A DNA stretch of 64,000 bases. Origin: Pavona decussata. Taxonomy: Eukaryota. Where the stretch lies: positions 1,550,001 through 1,614,000 of the forward strand of contig CDRNST010000104.1 of the NCBI GenBank assembly GCA_977016875.1, given 5' to 3'. A program made the translations under genes and the position numbers. Below the pieces are notes generated by a model. That model saw only the letters and a list, made by a program, of their open reading frames with translations. It was not told where the DNA came from and did not search any database. Position 1 is the first letter of the stretch. Every line of letters starts with the position of its first letter. This document shows, piece after piece, positions 61,545 to 64,000 of the stretch.

Positions 61545-63157
61545 ACTACTTCAAAATAAACCTCTCCGCCCACCAAAGGGTGGGAGGGAAGGGAAGAAAT
61601 AAACTAGAACAAGTTGTACAATAATGTGTAGTGAACGAAATTAGAGAAAAATAAAAAGTTTTCAAAATAAAAGTTGCCATGCCAACAATATCCCAGCAGG
61701 TTGTAGTCCCCAGGGTCCACGTGAAATTGACGGTAGGCACGTTTGAGATCACGCTTAAATAAAAGACAACTGCGTCCATACGTGTTCACTTTAGAGGCAA
61801 TGAGATCAACAGTGGGGTAATACAAGTCAAAGTCCTGTCCCAGATAGGAGTGTGACGAAATCCCATCGTTAGCAGAAGTACCTGGCGGCCAACTCAGATC
61901 CAAAATAATACGCCGCTCCGACGAATCAGCTTTTGGGACAGAGTTCAGTGGGGAAGTAGCAATGTCACTTGAAAACGGGTTCAAGGCAAAAGGACCAATC
62001 ACAGCACCCCGTAAGATCTCAGTTGAAAGATAAGCGTCCTCGTGGAACACGTCCTGTTCTGCGTCAGCGCTGCACTCGGATCCAAACAGCCGTCATGAAG
62101 TGCAGCGTAATCAACGCGATCTCGAGAACGAAGATTAGGTGGACTAAAGGAGGATATTACTATCTTCCCATCGTACCTTGCGCCAATTTCGGTAAAATGG
62201 CTTCCGGTCAGTGAGAGGAATGTGCTTATTTGAAGCCAAGTTTGAGCTGGATTTCTTCGTATCACAAATGATTTATGGTGAGTAATTCAAATAAACATTC
62301 AAATAAGGGAAAGGAATATTTTTCAGAGAGAGATATTCTTCAAAACAGCAATACTTTGCGTATTGTTCGTGGCTTGTCAACCATGACTGTTGTTATTGAA
62401 TATGTATGACCTATTTTGAATGCGTTATTTCGGAACTTAAACGACGAGTCAATAGGATTATAATATTCAAAGATTAGCTTTTATATTTCAAAGTTTCACT
62501 GGGAACTGATCGACTCCTATTGACTCCACATTTTCAACAAAAATTTTGAAGTTGAATGTGAGGGATTTTTGGCGCGATTTGTGTCATAATTCGACCTGTA
62601 TTTATTGCTGTGGACTCATGTTCCAAGCTCCTAGTATTCAAGATTTTCTTTACATGTTTTCCCTTCATGTATTTCGTTTTATTGTAGGAGCCATTACCCT
62701 CAAGTCAACATCTGAAGAGATCGCCGAGAAAAACACGAAACGTGCTTCAAGCAGTCGATCGAGCGTTTTCAAACTGTCACTGACTCACTGTTTGCGGCCT
62801 GCTCAACTCATCTGGAAAGTTCACGTGCCCGAGAAGCATCTTATACTCTATAAATGCAGCATTTCCGAAGACTGCCTGATATCGACGGCTAAATCCACGC
62901 AATTCAAGTAAATAACACTCAATTTCTCGAAAACCTCGAGTTGCCGCGTTACTATGTCGATGGCGTCCATTGAAAAATGAAATTCACGTTGGGCCAGCCG
63001 TTTGATAATATAGTTGCTACGCGGTGCATGCCGGGAAGATAGTAATATCCTCCTTTAGGTGGACTGGTTGTTGTCATTATGAAGACGAAATACTCTCGAA
63101 GAGAAGAAATAAACTAGAACAAGTTGTACAATAATGTGTAGTGAACGAAATTAGAGA
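61545..63157 (-). mobile_element. Internally deleted DIRS/Ngaro-type retroelement (RT fragment plus direct terminal repeat)
   Basis: RT motifs GPF..SPLNSVPK..RRIILDLSWP..LFKRDLKRAYRQ..VDP.D (61670-62050). A direct repeat of about 55 bp (gaagaaataaactagaac...aaattagaga) lies at about 61593-61647 and 63102-63156. Confidence 0.75.
62146..63056. mobile_element. Non-autonomous TIR element with a 9-bp TSD (MuDR-like)
   Basis: Perfect TIR aaaggaggatattactatcttccc / gggaagatagtaatatcctccttt, with aggtggact duplicated at 62137-62145 and 63057-63065. An alternative reading is a 7-bp TSD with TA ends. Confidence 0.85.
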
Positions 63158-63299
63158 CTAAATGATCTTGAAAACGAAAGTCACATGCTTATCACGAGTT
63201 ACAAGTAATAATTAACCGTATGTACAATATTTAACTATATAATAATACCGTATTTGTGGGGCGAATTAAACATTTTAATTGACAATCAAAATATACCAC

Positions 63300-63815
63300 T
63301 TTGATTTCTTGCTTACAATTAATATTTGAGCATTTAGGATTCTTTCCAGGTTGTTTCTTAGACCTGCGAACAAGCCAATCCGTTTTTTTCTCCCACAGCT
63401 GGGGTTTTTGCGGAGAGCTCTGGTCACCCTCTCTGCATCTGTTTGATGTTTTTCCTGCGTCAACTTTCCGTCTTGTTGTTGTTCATTGCTGTAAGTTTCT
63501 CCTTGGAACACAAGGTTTCTAGGTATGTCACAGCAAACCTGTTTGTTTAAAAGTTTCATTTCGTCTTCAGGGAAAGCAACTTGGTATAAAATAGAGCTTT
63601 CTTGATGAACAATAAACAGGTTACTCAACGTCCAGATGATGTGCTTGCAAGTCTGGTCTTCTTGGCCCAGAAAATAAGGGCAGTCACACGATGGGCGCTT
63701 ACTTATGGTACAGATGTAGGTGTTCCATATGACGCTTTTGCCATCGGCTCGTTTGATGGTGTTCCTGCTTTTAATAACAACTGTAAAAGATTTCTTGGCG
63801 CTGTCGAGTGTGAAA
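63300..63815 (-). CDS. Exon fragment encoding a SWIM zinc finger (probably transposon-associated)
   Basis: YICTISKRPSCDCPYF...TCKHIIWTL fits the SWIM CxC..CxH pattern. The rest of the gene is not resolved. Confidence 0.6.
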
Positions 63816-64000
63816 TTTTGAAAACAACCCCCTAAAAGTGGGGGGACAGACAAAATAAAGATATTTCTAATCTTAGTCAAGGTAAGATAATAAGTTAGGG
63901 ATCGCAAAGACTTTAAAAAGAACATTTCGGGAAAAATAACTCGCAAGTTGCAACTCCACAACTCACATTCTTCGCAGACCCAAAAAACTAGATCTAAAAA

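Noticed and set aside
1-64000. tRNA, rRNA or prokaryotic operon features
   Set aside because: I recognised no cloverleaf, rRNA-like or operon structure by eye. A tRNAscan/Infernal run would be needed to exclude small RNAs.

Overview
AT-rich, intron-containing animal DNA. The repeat repertoire resembles an anthozoan such as a stony coral, but this is an inference. Almost the whole window is a nest of transposon remnants. It holds a young, nearly intact BEL/Pao LTR retrotransposon (16480-24700, TSD CCATG) inserted in a Tigger/pogo element, a second Tigger, and EnSpm/CACTA, Kolobok-like, Academ-like, IS3EU-like (with HECT genes), DIRS/Ngaro and LINE fragments, plus a solo LTR and several MITEs. 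Three things stand out. (1) An 8.05-kb DNA transposon (49094-57146) has 16-bp GAGG.. TIRs, a 6-bp TATAAT TSD and same-orientation CACCGCA subterminal repeats. Its spliced, now frameshifted gene encodes a P-element/THAP9-like DDE transposase carrying a Cys-rich module, NHL beta-propeller repeats and a SAP domain inside the catalytic core. A very divergent relative lies at about 3100-5630. (2) An intact, intronless gene at 42884-43711 encodes a single-pass Frizzled-CRD membrane protein with an ITIM-like, Pro-rich tail. It lies between about 650-bp inverted repeats. (3) An Academ-like transposase remnant has ankyrin repeats embedded in it. All family assignments come from motif recognition by eye; no searches were run.
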